Source: Rhodosorus marinus CCMP1338
Lineage: Eukaryota > Plantae > Rhodophyta
Assembly (NCBI GenBank): GCA_029953675.1
Contig: JAMWBK010000004.1
Coordinates: 620,001 to 684,000, forward strand
Reading direction: 5' to 3'
Length of the DNA stretch: 64,000 nt
The notes beneath the pieces were generated by a model that was not told where the DNA came from, did not search any database, and saw only the letters and a program-made list of their open reading frames with translations. Positions 37,301-48,325 of the stretch are shown in pieces (position 1 is the first letter of the stretch; every line of letters starts with the position of its first letter). Both the position numbers and the translations under genes were made by a program.

Positions 37301-37459
37301 TCAAAAAGTGGATTCATTCGGTCTAGGGTTGCATTAGTCTAGGGAGAAGGTAATATCTGCCATCTCTACTGGTTACAATACAGACATGGCTGGGACATAC
37401 ATCGGGGCTCGCATGCTACCCTCCTAGGTCGATCCTTGTCTTTGCCTTCTACATGGTTT

Positions 37460-37632
37460 TCACCGCTACGCAAAACGTGGTAACTGAGAAATCGGGAGAC
37501 AAACATGCAAACCCAAGCGCCGATGGAGCGCCTCCGCAAGCATGCTGCTAGAATATCGCCACAGGGGTAAGAGTTCCAAGTACTCCATAGGATGCTCAGC
37601 AAAACATTTCCGCAACCACTCCAAACCCCCTA
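37460..37632 (-). mobile_element. RLE LINE 3' fragment, family A (degenerate)
   Basis: GLEWLRKCFAEHPMEYLELL...WRYSSSMLAEALHRRLGLH. Confidence 0.75.
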
Positions 37633-37659
37633 CCTTGGTCCGGTTCTGGAGCTTGGGCA

Positions 37660-38250
37660 GCAGTCTGAGCTCCAAATTCTTCACGGTGATTCCTTACCCT
37701 CGACTAGCCTTAACGAAATTCGATTTGCGTGTAGGACTGCGTTTATGTCTGCGGCTCCCCTACCCGCTTTGGCCTGTCGAGCGGAATGCCCCGCGTCTTC
37801 TCTGTGGTTGCATTGTGGAATCCGGCGACGTTGGTGCCGGCCTCCTAGCGTCCTGTGCGGCAGTGGGAGGTGCCCGCACGCGTCGCCATACGCGTATACA
37901 CGGATTTTATTTCGATATCTACAATCGCAGGCGCTTGATGCTGATGATGAGACTCCTGTTGTCCACGGAGTTGGTGGTCATTGACCTGGCTGCCCGCAAG
38001 GGAGTGAGTATCTTGACTTGTCTATTCCTTGTTGCCCCAGGCGCGCGATATGTTCCCACGTCTGCAAAAATTCATGCTACCGCCGTTGATTCAATGCGAC
38101 GGCTGAAGGAATCTCAGTACGCTGAGGTGAAGACTCATCCAACCTTTCAGGATCTGGCGCTGTCACATCGGTTTGTACCGCTGATCTTCGAGTGCTTTGG
38201 TTTCTTAGACAGTGGTGCTTCTCGCTGGCTTCTTCGTGTCTTTCGCCATC
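37660..38250 (+). mobile_element. RLE LINE 3' fragment, family C (degenerate)
   Basis: LRVGLRLCLRL...LLASCAAVGGARTRRHTRI...DSMRRLKESQY...RFVPLIFECFGFLDSGASRWL. Confidence 0.75.
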
Positions 38251-38779
38251 CCCACGTCCGCGGCGTTCAAATGCTGCTCCTTTGTTGGACGCGCGTAATC
38301 AGCGTCTCCCGTTCCGCCCCTCAGCGTAGATAGGCACTGAATAAATATTTGTTGCTGTTGCTGGCGTTGTTAGCTCAAGCGAGCCATTGAACTCAAACAT
38401 AAGGTACAAGGATTTAGTTTCCTCGTAGGAGATTTTGAGATGATCCAATATCCAATCTGCTATTCGCAAGTTGAAATGCTGTACCGGTCACGCGTTGCCC
38501 GTCATAAGTCATAGCCTCCAGATGATGGAAACGTGCGAATATTCAGCTGAAACATCAGGTTTCGCGTAAGACACATCTACATTAAACAAATTCAATTCAA
38601 CTTAGACATGCGGTAGAAAGAAGCACCGACATCGTCCGTGTCCATAGGCGTATCGTCGTCATTCGACATCTTCAGGAATCGATCAAGTCTTACCCAACCG
38701 ACGGGAGAAGTGCAAGAAAGAAAAGACGTAAGATATTAAGTCTCACGCACGTACCCGAGGCCATAGCATATTTAGTCTG

Positions 38780-38945
38780 CTGCTTTATGGCACTTTTGCG
38801 GCGTTTAAGTGTCTCTCTGTGGCGATATTCGAGCAGCATGCTTGCCGAGGCGCGCCATCGGCGCCTGGGTTTGCACACTTCCCTACCTAGTTCTTAGTTC
38901 CTTTTCACGGTTTGCGTAGCGCTTTAGGCTGTGCTAATAAAGCCA
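38780..38945 (+). mobile_element. RLE LINE 3' fragment, family A (short)
   Basis: Matches 2690-2860, including the aataaagcc tail. Confidence 0.75.
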
Positions 38946-39158
38946 GCTTTATGGCCGCTAACACTCTTGCTTTATTTCAAAGGTCCCCGGTCCAAACCAG
39001 AGACTTTTGGTGTTCACGTGTTGAGTCTCATCGCTCAACTTGTCTCCAAAACATGAGTTTCATCGGAGTATCAGTCTCTTTGGGGTTACACGTTTGATGA
39101 AGCCATCGTGAGTCCTCAGTGTAGTAATCGACCTATAAGTCGTTGGTGGTCTTGCCAA

Positions 39159-39989
39159 CAGCTTGTCACGGACACTTTAGCAAAACATTGCTACAAGACT
39201 GATGAGAAGACTCATGGCAGGACTTGCGCCAGCTAGAAGAATGTGTTGAAAAGATCGCTGTGGCTTGGAGCAAGCCGCCTGGAGAGGATCGATCAGACAT
39301 TCTGTCAGCACAATAATTTGCTTAGGACAGACTGTCTGGCGGAGCGCAGGCAGTCCTTTGAGGCTCGTGACGAGTGGACTTGTACTCGGGCCCATCAATT
39401 TCCCAGCATCATGTAACCACGATGCAGAAAAGGAAGAGGAAGAAGGGAGCAATGTGCTATGGCTGTCAGAAGTTTGGACACGTCCGTGCAGACTGCTAAA
39501 ACGGATCGGTTCAAGAGAGCGGATCCTGCAATCCGCCAATGAAGATCCACGCGGGAAAAGCAGAGATCAAGGTCGTCTGAATGTGTTCATGTTGTCGACG
39601 TTTGCCACCACCCTGTTCGTCAGTTTCTCCTAACGGTTCATTCAGATCCAATACCGCGGGCTCCCAAACTACCCGATTCTGAAAAAAGACTTTGTAAGCA
39701 TCCAATTTTTTCGGACAGACTGATGGAAGCCTTAACCAACCTGAATTCCCTAATAATAACTCGTTTCATGTGGTTCTCGAGTCCGATATAAGTTTATCAT
39801 ATCTGAATTAGAAATTAAAAAATAGTTTCGTCCGATAACTGTCCGATAACAACCTGTAAACGTCCAATGTTTCTAAAATCCTTGACTTATATTGATTGCA
39901 TATCAATCTTCTTCTTAATAATGATTGAAGCACCCACAGTTAGAAGCTGAGCATTCTGAAAATACGTTATATTTTAGAGTGACAGCCTG
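39159..39989. mobile_element. Possible internally deleted TIR DNA transposon
   Basis: cagcttgtcac (39159-39169) and gtgacagcctg (39979-39989) form a 9/11 inverted match; subterminal tccgat repeats; a broken minus-strand ORF inside; no perfect TSD. Confidence 0.4.
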
Positions 39990-40309
39990 TTGCCCCATAA
40001 GTAACTCATAATTCAATAATCCAGAGGAAGTTTGTTTATTCAAGAAATAATCACGATTCAATACCTTCGAACGAGATGATTGATTACTAGACAAACATTG
40101 ATTGATTTATAACCCCGTCTGTCGGACAGGTATTTTGGAAAAGTTTCAAATGTATCCTTAAGATTCTACTTTTATTAAATAGTATGTAGGCGACAAAAGA
40201 GAATTAACGGACGGTTTATGACTATTAATAGTCAGTTTCCAACAATCGGCTTTTTGGGGGGGAGGGTGGGTTTTCTAGTTTCCACCTGCGTCGTCATAGG
40301 TTTCATCTT

Positions 40310-40491
40310 ATACTTCGGGACTTGTTCCGGGAACGCTCTATGACCGTCTGTCCCTCGTTTACACTTTTAAGCTTCTTGCTGGGGCGCATGAACGCTGCTT
40401 TGATGCCACAGGTGCGTGGTCTTCGAAGGCTATAGTCTCTTTTTTTTCCCCTCGGGTTTTTTCTCTTTCAAGCTCCGATTAAACAAATTCA
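40310..40491 (+). mobile_element. RLE LINE 3' fragment, family B (degenerate)
   Basis: cttcgggacttgttccgggaacgc...tttcccctcgggtttt...ctccgattaaac. Confidence 0.7.
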
Positions 40492-40847
40492 TAAGCTGTG
40501 TGGAAATGGTTTATCGCAGACCCTGGGTGGGCAGTGGGACGGACACCTAATTTTGGAAACAAAGGCCCCGAAAAGAAGACGAGCGCGGACAAAGTAGAAA
40601 CCACTCTGAGAGAGAGATGTGATTGTCCAATGGTGGCAGAAGCACGGATCGAGTCCATGACCTTAGGTTTCCACGTTGTCACTCGCTGAAGACTGAGTTT
40701 GGACACCACTGCAATGTTTGAGGAAGTTTATCAGGGATCAGTAGACTCCTGTTGTTCGTCAGCAGACTACCATTTTTGGAAGTACAACGATGCCAGCGAA
40801 CTCTCAAGGTATATGGCTCGGGTGAATGAGCATACGTCTTCTTTGCT

Positions 40848-40854
40848 TATATAG
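40848..40854 (+). promoter_or_regulatory. TATA-like box upstream of the peptide-repeat precursor
   Basis: TATATAG ~110 bp upstream of ATG 40964. Confidence 0.4.
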
Positions 40855-40963
40855 GGCAAGCGGAGCCTGGCTCAGGCTTTTTCGAACCCAAGTGTTCAAG
40901 GAAAGGGCGTCTTTTTTTTTGGTGCGAGTAGGGAGAGACGATAGACAGAGAGAGAGGCGAGGG

Positions 40964-41419
40964 ATGGGGAAGCTCCTGGTGTTGGCACTCGGAGTGCTGC
41001 TATGCATGGCGACTCTCGGGATCCCGGTTGATGATGACTATGCGGCGAGATCACAGGACCTGCCGGGTCAGATCCAAAAACGAAGCGGAGGCAAACCCCG
41101 TGGTCCCCCCGGCGGCCGTATATTTGCGACTCCGGATCAGATCGCAAAACGTAGCGGAGGCAAACCCCCCCGTGCCCCCGGCCGTATATTTGCGACCGCG
41201 GATCAGATTGCAAAACGTAGCGGAGGCAAACCCCCCCGTGCCCCCGGCCGTATATTTGCGACCGCGGATCAGATTGCAAAACGTAGCGGAGGCAAACCCC
41301 CCCGTGCCCCCGGCCGTATATTTGCGACCGCGGATCAGATTGCAAAACGTAGCGGAGGCAAACCCCCCCGGGGCCCCGGCGGCCGTATATTGGCGACTCC
41401 TAGTAAAAAAATTGATTGA
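40964..41419 (+). CDS. Secreted KR-delimited peptide-repeat precursor (KEP/prohormone-like), 151 aa
   Basis: MGKLLVLALGVLLCMATLG signal peptide, acidic pro-segment IPVDDDY..., then five units, each preceded by KR: SGGKPRGPPGGRIFATPDQIA, three copies of SGGKPPRAPGRIFATADQIA, and SGGKPPRGPGGRILATPSKKID. Confidence 0.85.
   Translation: MGKLLVLALGVLLCMATLGIPVDDDYAARSQDLPGQIQKRSGGKPRGPPGGRIFATPDQIAKRSGGKPPRAPGRIFATADQIAKRSGGKPPRAPGRIFATADQIAKRSGGKPPRAPGRIFATADQIAKRSGGKPPRGPGGRILATPSKKID
41078..41400 (+). repeat. Coding tandem repeat, 66-bp unit (69 bp in the first unit)
   Basis: aaacgtagcggaggcaaacccccccgtgcccccggccgtatatttgcgaccgcggatcagattgca is repeated; every length change is a multiple of 3. 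Confidence 0.95.
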
Positions 41420-41904
41420 GATTCCTGTAACTCGGGCCACGACTCCTATGTAGTATGTTCTCGATTCTCGCGGAAGTCGTTGAGATATTCTCTTCCAGAT
41501 TTTGGTTAAAAGAGACCCCGTCCTAAATAAAAGGATTGACTTGATTTATCACCACGAACCCGATCTAGTATTCTCGCCGAGCGGTCGGTCGTTGATGCTG
41601 CTGGATTTTCGTAGACTGAGGCCGCATGGACAGGGGTTTGCGGTTGTTTACATCGCCTTGAGATTGCTTGCGTTGCTCGCGGCAGGTAGCTGTCGAAAAG
41701 GACTGCAGGGTTGCGAAAGAGACAGAATCCAAACCAATGGGAAGGCGAAACTTAAGCCTGATGCCTAAACCGCTTCCGACCAGGGAATTGGATCCATGAA
41801 CATTCGGACACCTAACACGACCGCGAGTCGCAGTTTGTTCTGAATGTCCTGATGCTTTTAGGCATCAACTGACAAGGTCAACCGAACCTTTCGCCCCTCC
41901 GATC

Positions 41905-42670
41905 GATCTCCATTCCTAAGGTGGGTCTTGGGCATGCCCCAATCGCTTTCCGCCACTCACACTCACAGATTTCGAAGTGCGCACTTCTCTGCGCTTATAA
42001 CTCGGCTTGCATCAGCCGCCCTGGCCTTCCGAGATGTGTTCGCCGTGCCCTCTATGCTCTCAGAACGAAGACACCGTGGATTTTGGCGCCCACCTGCTCG
42101 CCAGCTGCCCCGCTGTGAAAGGCGCCCGAACCTGCCCACATACGCGGATCTTGAACCTGTTATACCGCGAGCTTTGGCCTGTAGTACGGCAAGCCGGTCT
42201 TGAAATTGAACGTGAGAAGCCTCTGCCTATCGCAGACTACCAAAAATGATGAACGCAGAGTGGCTGACCTCGTGTCACCTGTGACGGTAGCCGCCGTACG
42301 ACGTACGTTGATCTTGCTGTTATTAATCCTCAGGCTAGTCGTTATCTGCGTGCTGCGGAGGGTGCCGTGGATTTGCCGCTGCCAGTATGAGACGTCGCAA
42401 AGAATTGAAATATGCTTGGTTTTGTCTTCCCCAGGATTCGTGCTTCGGCTCCAGCTCATCGCCTGGTACCTCTGGTCATTGAGTGCTTTGATTTTGCGGA
42501 TTCCGTTGGTTCTCGTTGCTTCGGGAATTGTTCCGCGAACGCCGTGACCGTCTGTCCTCGTTTATCCGTTTAAGTTTCTTGCTGTGGCGTCTGAACGCTG
42601 CTTCGATGTTGGAGGCGCGCGATCTTCGCCGCGCTTAGTATTTCTTTTCTCCCTCGGGGGTTTTTCTTCA
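41905..42670 (+). mobile_element. RLE LINE 3' fragment, family B, longest copy (degenerate)
   Basis: LTDFEVRTSLRL*LGL...CPLC...HLLASC...ARTCPHTRI, then a frameshift to NDERRVADL...; family B UTR. Confidence 0.8.
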
Positions 42671-43539
42671 GTCTCCGATTCAAAAATTCACTCTTACCGC
42701 CCTACTCGATCCCACCACGCCATCCCCATCAGGCTACTAGTCGACCCCTGACGGCTTCATAATGAAACGCAAAATAAATTCATTCAATATTCCGGCCCAT
42801 CGTTTTCAACATGGTTTCCTAATTTTGAATTTAAAATACTAAATAAGAAGCTGTACCATCAGGAACTTTTTCTATTATACCATATAAATACTAAATTTGT
42901 GCGGATTATTTATTATTGGGACCGCTTTCTTCTTAAAACAAACGATGGAAAATGTTGGAACGGTCACGCGGTCAGCGGTGAATATACGCTCTCAGCATGT
43001 GTAGAAGGATGATTCGCACATCGTCATACATACGGTGGGACCGATGTGCGAACGGTATACGGTATAAAAACCTGATAGAGGTTTAAACGTTTGAAATAGT
43101 TTGAACGGTACAAGGCATCGACTATCACCACAGTACAGTAGGTTACTTAAGTGCGAGACATCGACCCCAATGGTCAGGGAAACAATAAAGAAACTATCGA
43201 AGTTTGGCTGACGGGACTTTAGTCAAGGTTGGGAAACCCAGAAAAACACAACAGAAAAACTAGCCGCCAGCACTGTTTCTAGAAGTATTTCATCCAATGC
43301 GGTCTCCATGTGGAGACTCAGGCGAGCGTATATTTACTGCGAAGAGTTTCATTTTATATATATTCTAAAACTAATTTAGAATAAATTGGAAAATAAACAA
43401 GAATGCAGTAAAGGGGTCGCGTTGGATGCTTCCATATGGGCGAAGCTGATGCTCTGACAGGGTTTGGGGGGGTGTTTGGGTTGGGAGTCCCGCTCATACA
43501 CGTTAGTATATATCGCAGTGCGCGTAGAGTTGCGAGGAT

Positions 43540-43850
43540 GCCAACGGGCTCAGGACCGCGTATGTGTACATAACGCTCCCTTGTCCCCTTGCGGCTTTGT
43601 ACCTGCCTGCAGCCTCCCGTGGTTGGGGTGCCGCTGCGAATACTATGCCGAGGCGTAAGGAGCCGCCGAGAGCCAGTATACACGGCGACGCTAACCAAAG
43701 CTGAGTTTTTGCAGTCTGTGCTTATCGGTTTGTTTCGCTTGCTATGGAGGTCTTTGGTTCGTAGATGGCGCTGGGGGTGCTTGATTACGGAGTGTGACCT
43801 CGAGCGCCCTGATGCTCTTACCCGACTGTATGTTTCTTTGAGTCTGACCA
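43540..43850 (+). mobile_element. Divergent RLE LINE 3' remnant
   Basis: LRTAYVYITLPCPLAALYLPAASRGWGAAANTMPRRKE aligns to RRTTYVDLAVPNPQASRYLPAAGERRGSAAASMRRRKE; ERPDALTRL follows. Confidence 0.55.
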
Positions 43851-43974
43851 TGGCCGTTTCTTTTTTTGCCTCACATAATTGCGACAATAAGATCCTAGAT
43901 TTTGCATCGAAAGTGGTTCTCACAGGAGCGTGCTTCATTTTTCTTCCATGTCTTTCTAACGGCAGCGACTGAGG

Positions 43975-44200
43975 GGGACTCTCATTACGCTGCCGCGATG
44001 ACACATCCAAACTTTCGGGACTCTACGCCGTCTCATCGGTTTGTACCCGCTGATCATCGAGTGCTTTGGTCTTTTTTAGACAGTGTTGCTTCTCGCTGGC
44101 TTCGTCGTGTTTTTCGCAATGCCGCTCCCCCTGCCCCGGGCCGTCTTGACAGCCTCCTCACGGAGCTGTCTCTGACTCTCTGGCGTGGAGCAGTTCAAAA
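43975..44200 (+). mobile_element. RLE LINE 3' fragment, family C
   Basis: DNA match to 38130-38250; FLDSVASRWLRRVF...GRLDSLLTELSLTLWR. Confidence 0.7.
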
Positions 44201-44702
44201 GCTGCTTGGTTGTTGGATGCATGTCAGGAGCGGAAAGGCTCCGGAGGGTAGATAAGCTCAGATAGTGAACGAAAAGTGGACGTATTGAGTAGTACATTAT
44301 ACTATCATGTACTATAATCAGGTATGGGTTTGCACGAGGAAAAGGGGAAACATTCGCCAGGGATATTGTGCATAGGAATTTTTTCGTCTGAACGAATTCC
44401 TCCAAAGGTGCTTTTTTTGGTCGTGTCGGTTTGAGGAGGACAAGGGCTTCTAAGTGTTAAAAGAGTTGGTGGGAAGATGAAAGGATGGGAGAAGAGGGAG
44501 AGAGGGGACGATGACTGAGATCTAATGCTAAGGAAAAGGAAGGAAAAGAGAAAGGATGAAAAGCGAGTATCTTTGTTTGGTTTTTGGTTTTGTGAAGCGC
44601 AGGATTTGATATCTGTAAAACAAACAGAGGCTCGAGTATTTTTGGGAGGGAAGGGAGGTTGTGCTTCTAGTCTTGGCGTTTCGTTGACGGAAAAAGAAGT
44701 AG

Positions 44703-45635
44703 ATGATGGCGAAGAGGAGGGGGACGAGGCTACATATTAAGCATGTGGCTGTAGCCGCGATGGTGTTGATTGCAGCAAGCGCTGTGCTGGTTTTTGTCGT
44801 GTCCAAACCGCAGAGTCTTTTCGAAGACGGGACCAAGCTGAATACTGCGTGGAGATCAGAAGTACCCGACCCCAGAGAATCTTATTTGTCGAAGATACCA
44901 AAGGTGATATGGCAGACTGTAAAGTCCCATGACGTTCCTGAAGCAGCTGCCGAGGCGGGGCTGAGCTGGTCGAGGCTTAACCCGACATGGGATCGTGTCG
45001 TCCTGGACGATGCAGAAGTGCTTGAGTTTGTCCGGCATTTCTACAACGAGACTGAGTACAAAATTTTCCAAAACCTGCCGATTGGGGTTATGAAGGCTGA
45101 TTTCTTCAGGTACATGGTGATCTACCAGTTCGGCGGAGTGTATGCTGATGCGGACACGACGAACTTTCAGCGTATCGAAAATTGGATCGCACGGGACTGT
45201 GAGTTTGTCGTTGCGCCGGAGGATAACGATATGTTCTTTTGCCAATGGGCCTTTGCTGCGGCACCCCGGCACCCAATCTTCAAGCGACTCGTTGAGAGGA
45301 TCTTTGAGAGGTTATCTGGGAATGTGGATTATACGTACGAGCACTTTGTTCACGAGTATACTGGCCCTGCTGCGTTCACACATTCGATAAGGGAAGTTTT
45401 GGGTATCTCTCCCGAGGAGAAACTACAGACATATATTCTGACAGAAGAGGCAAAGGCAATGCGCAAGGATGGAATCTGCTGGAAGACTATGCAGGAACTG
45501 GATGCGGCGTTGAGGAACGCCTTTGCCCACGGGAAGGAAGAGTTCCTGAAGGACGGATGGTCAAACTGGCTCGAGGAGGCGGGGCAAATGAACGATGTTG
45601 CCTCTGGGCAAGCTGCCCGGGCGTCACAGAATTGA
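44703..45635 (+). CDS. GT32 (OCH1-like, DxD) glycosyltransferase, paralog A; type II membrane protein, 310 aa
   Basis: N-terminal TM helix, IPKVIWQT, KADFFRY..Y..GGVYADAD, FCQWAF..PRHP, TGP. Confidence 0.92.
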   Translation: MMAKRRGTRLHIKHVAVAAMVLIAASAVLVFVVSKPQSLFEDGTKLNTAWRSEVPDPRESYLSKIPKVIWQTVKSHDVPEAAAEAGLSWSRLNPTWDRVVLDDAEVLEFVRHFYNETEYKIFQNLPIGVMKADFFRYMVIYQFGGVYADADTTNFQRIENWIARDCEFVVAPEDNDMFFCQWAFAAAPRHPIFKRLVERIFERLSGNVDYTYEHFVHEYTGPAAFTHSIREVLGISPEEKLQTYILTEEAKAMRKDGICWKTMQELDAALRNAFAHGKEEFLKDGWSNWLEEAGQMNDVASGQAARASQN

Positions 45636-47437
45636 TTCGAGTACAATTTCCATGCGAATATGGGAGCCGCTTTAGTAGTCAAGCCTAGTGCGCGAGCTCT
45701 GCGAGGAGCGCGCTGAAGGGGGTGCTTCCCGTAATGAATCGGGAGCTAGCTTCTTCAAGTTGGCGAGCATAACGTGGCTCTGAGTCGGGGTCATCATAGC
45801 GCTTCTTGGCTGAGCTCACTATCTCCTGAGAAGAGGAATCCGATGGAATACCAAGAGAGATATGTATGAGTCGAGGGTTGGTTACAAGAATCGAGGACTT
45901 CCCCATCCGTTACAAAGTACAACGGACACGACTGGTATACTGTACGGATACTCATAGGACGTTGAGTGAGTGAGAGTAGCTGGATTTGCATATGCGTACA
46001 GAGTTTCTGAGTCTAATGCTTGACGTACGCTTTGAGGAAGTTCCTGTCCGGCATTCTGAAAGTTTTTGTTGGGTGCATTATGCTCTGGAACTGGAGAAGA
46101 GTCTTGAGAAGTGTGATTCACAACAGTGTCATGGACAGGCTGCTCCAGTGTGTCTTGTGATATGTCTCCACGGCGGGTTTGAGTGGATTCTTCGAACTGC
46201 GCTTTCCTCCCAGAGAATAAGCTGTCGATAGTATGTTCAACAGCTCATATTGGACGGTCGTGACGGAGTGAACCTGTATCCTACAAATTTCGGGAAGGTT
46301 CTGAAACAGATTTCAATAGATAATTAAAAGAAAGGTTTCCCCCCGATTTATCTCAGCAAAAAGAGAAAACGAACACAAGGAATCACAGCCGAAGTTGACA
46401 AAACTCTTGACTTTCCGCACAGACTCTCGCGCACAAACCAAGCCGCCCGGTGTGCTCAAGGCGGCCTTCCTTTCTCCAAAGATCTAGGCCAACAACTCGA
46501 GCCCACGATTCGCAGAGAGTCTCACGAGCAGAAAAAAGCTGGCGTCAAGCGTTGAAACTGACCACGTCCTCAGCACGACCATGGTCTGCTCCACCGGAGT
46601 TGCTAGTTGGATCACATACAATAGTATCTCGTTCAACCAGACTTCTTATCGCGCCAGCTCTTTCTCCCAGGTTCAATACCCACGCCTTCAAGGAGACAAG
46701 AAATCGGACGCGGCTACACCCTTTGAGATCTTTTTCGGTGTAAAAAGACGCCAGAGGAGGAAGGAAAAACCAAAGCCAAGCGCAGTAAAAACTTCCTAAA
46801 GGCAGAATTTAGTAAGCCAGCGCCTCATCGCCATCGCGAAAGACAATCACGGAAGCCATGCAGAGTCTCGCCAGACGGTTTAAACGAATCCTGAGACCTC
46901 GATGACAACGAACCGACGGACGGCGAAGAGGGCGGTCCCTTTTTTTCTAACGACCTCGTCCATGTTGTCGATGAATAGTCTCTAGCGCGCCAAAAGTCCA
47001 GGTCTTCATCACTTTCTGCCTTTTTTCAGGTCACGTTGGAGACGATGATGCAGACGAAGACGAAGACTTGAGATCGGGGAGAGCGGAGTTTAGCGACGAG
47101 GGGGGTTAACGGGCAAAGGAAGTGTTGGTATGGAAGGAGTTCGTGGAGGTGGGGAAAGTGGGGTGGTTATGGAGGGGCTTGGAGTGGATTCTGGTGGCTG
47201 TTTGGGAAGGAAAGAGGGATGGAGAGTTAGACATACATATCTTTGACGGTATAGAGATAGGTCAGAATTTGGAGGGTTTGGATTGGGTCGAGAGTTAGAT
47301 CAGAGTATTGGAGAGAGGTTGAAAGGAGGACGTTTACTTTGTCAGTTTTTTTTCTGTCTCTTGGGGATCTGTTGGTTGACTTGTTTTGGATGTGAAGACT
47401 TCCCGGGAGAGATCAGCATCCCAAGACGCCCATTTCG

Positions 47438-48325
47438 GTGAGGTCCAAGCTCGCAATCGCGACTAGTATTCTAATGGCTTCAAGCCTGTTACTCCTGGCG
47501 TGGTTTCTTCAAGTTGACGATTCAGTGTACACTCTGGAGACGACCTGGCGGAGCGTTGAACCGAAGCCACGTGATTTGTTCACGCGGAGGATCCCCAACG
47601 TGATCTGGCAGACGGTGAAAACCCATGAGGTCCCGAGGATGGCGTACAGAGGTGGGAACAGCTGGACAAGACTGAATCCAACCTACGATCGGATCGTGCT
47701 GGACGATTTGGAAGTTGTGGAGTTTGTGGAGAGGTACTACAACGAGACGGAGGTTGAGCTATTTAAGAGCATGCCAGTCGGGGTAATGAAGGCGGACTTG
47801 TTCAGGTATATGGTACTCTACATTCACGGAGGGGTGTATGCGGATGCGGACACGAGAGACCATCGGGCGATTAACCAATGGATCAGTCCGGACTGTGAGT
47901 TTGTCGTTGGGGTGGAGGGTAACGGTGCGTTCTTCTGTCAGTGGGCGTTCGCGTCGGGGCCTCGTCATCCAATCCTCAAGCGGCTGGTGAAGAAAATCTT
48001 CGATAAGCTGGCGAATGGGCTCGAATTCGAATTCTCCAGTCCGCACTTTGTCCACCGCGTGACCGGCCCGGCGATATTCACCGATGCAATTAGGGAATCT
48101 CTGGGCTTCTCTAGGGAGGACAGGCCGGTTGATATCATACGTTCGGAACGCGGAATGGAGCTGAGAAAGGAGGGAATCTGCTGGCTCACCCACGTTCAGC
48201 TCAGCTTCGCTTTGAGCAACATGTTCGCCCACCAGAGGCCGGACTTTACCCAGTCCGGGTGGTCAAACTGGTTCGAAGAGGCCGTAGAAATCAACGAGGA
48301 AGCGACTAGAGAAAACCCGTCGTAG
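47438..48325 (+). CDS. GT32 paralog B, copy 1 (start is GTG; first ATG at 47474)
   Basis: Protein identical to copy 2, but codon 1 is GTG and there is an in-frame stop at 47393. ATG initiation would remove 12 residues of the anchor. Confidence 0.75.
   Translation: MRSKLAIATSILMASSLLLLAWFLQVDDSVYTLETTWRSVEPKPRDLFTRRIPNVIWQTVKTHEVPRMAYRGGNSWTRLNPTYDRIVLDDLEVVEFVERYYNETEVELFKSMPVGVMKADLFRYMVLYIHGGVYADADTRDHRAINQWISPDCEFVVGVEGNGAFFCQWAFASGPRHPILKRLVKKIFDKLANGLEFEFSSPHFVHRVTGPAIFTDAIRESLGFSREDRPVDIIRSERGMELRKEGICWLTHVQLSFALSNMFAHQRPDFTQSGWSNWFEEAVEINEEATRENPS

Noticed and set aside
34395-37320. Fragmentary ORFs at 34.4-37.3 kb and a 44-bp doublet at 37024-37105
   Set aside because: In-frame stops and no identifiable family; the doublet looks like a local duplication.
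41078-41400. 66-bp direct repeats as a CRISPR-like array
   Set aside because: No unique spacers, the unit is a multiple of 3 within a signal-peptide ORF, there are no cas genes, and the context is eukaryotic.
40896-41453. Alternative-frame and antisense repeat ORFs (40896-41345, 41028-41453, 41051-41440)
   Set aside because: Shadows of the 66-bp coding repeat; only the 40964 frame has a signal peptide and KR sites.
45685-45906. J-domain-like peptide (LGIPSDSSSQEIVSSAKKRYDDPD...), also at 51979-52209 and 57566-57796
   Set aside because: No HPD motif and no convincing upstream exon structure; the resemblance is too weak to call.
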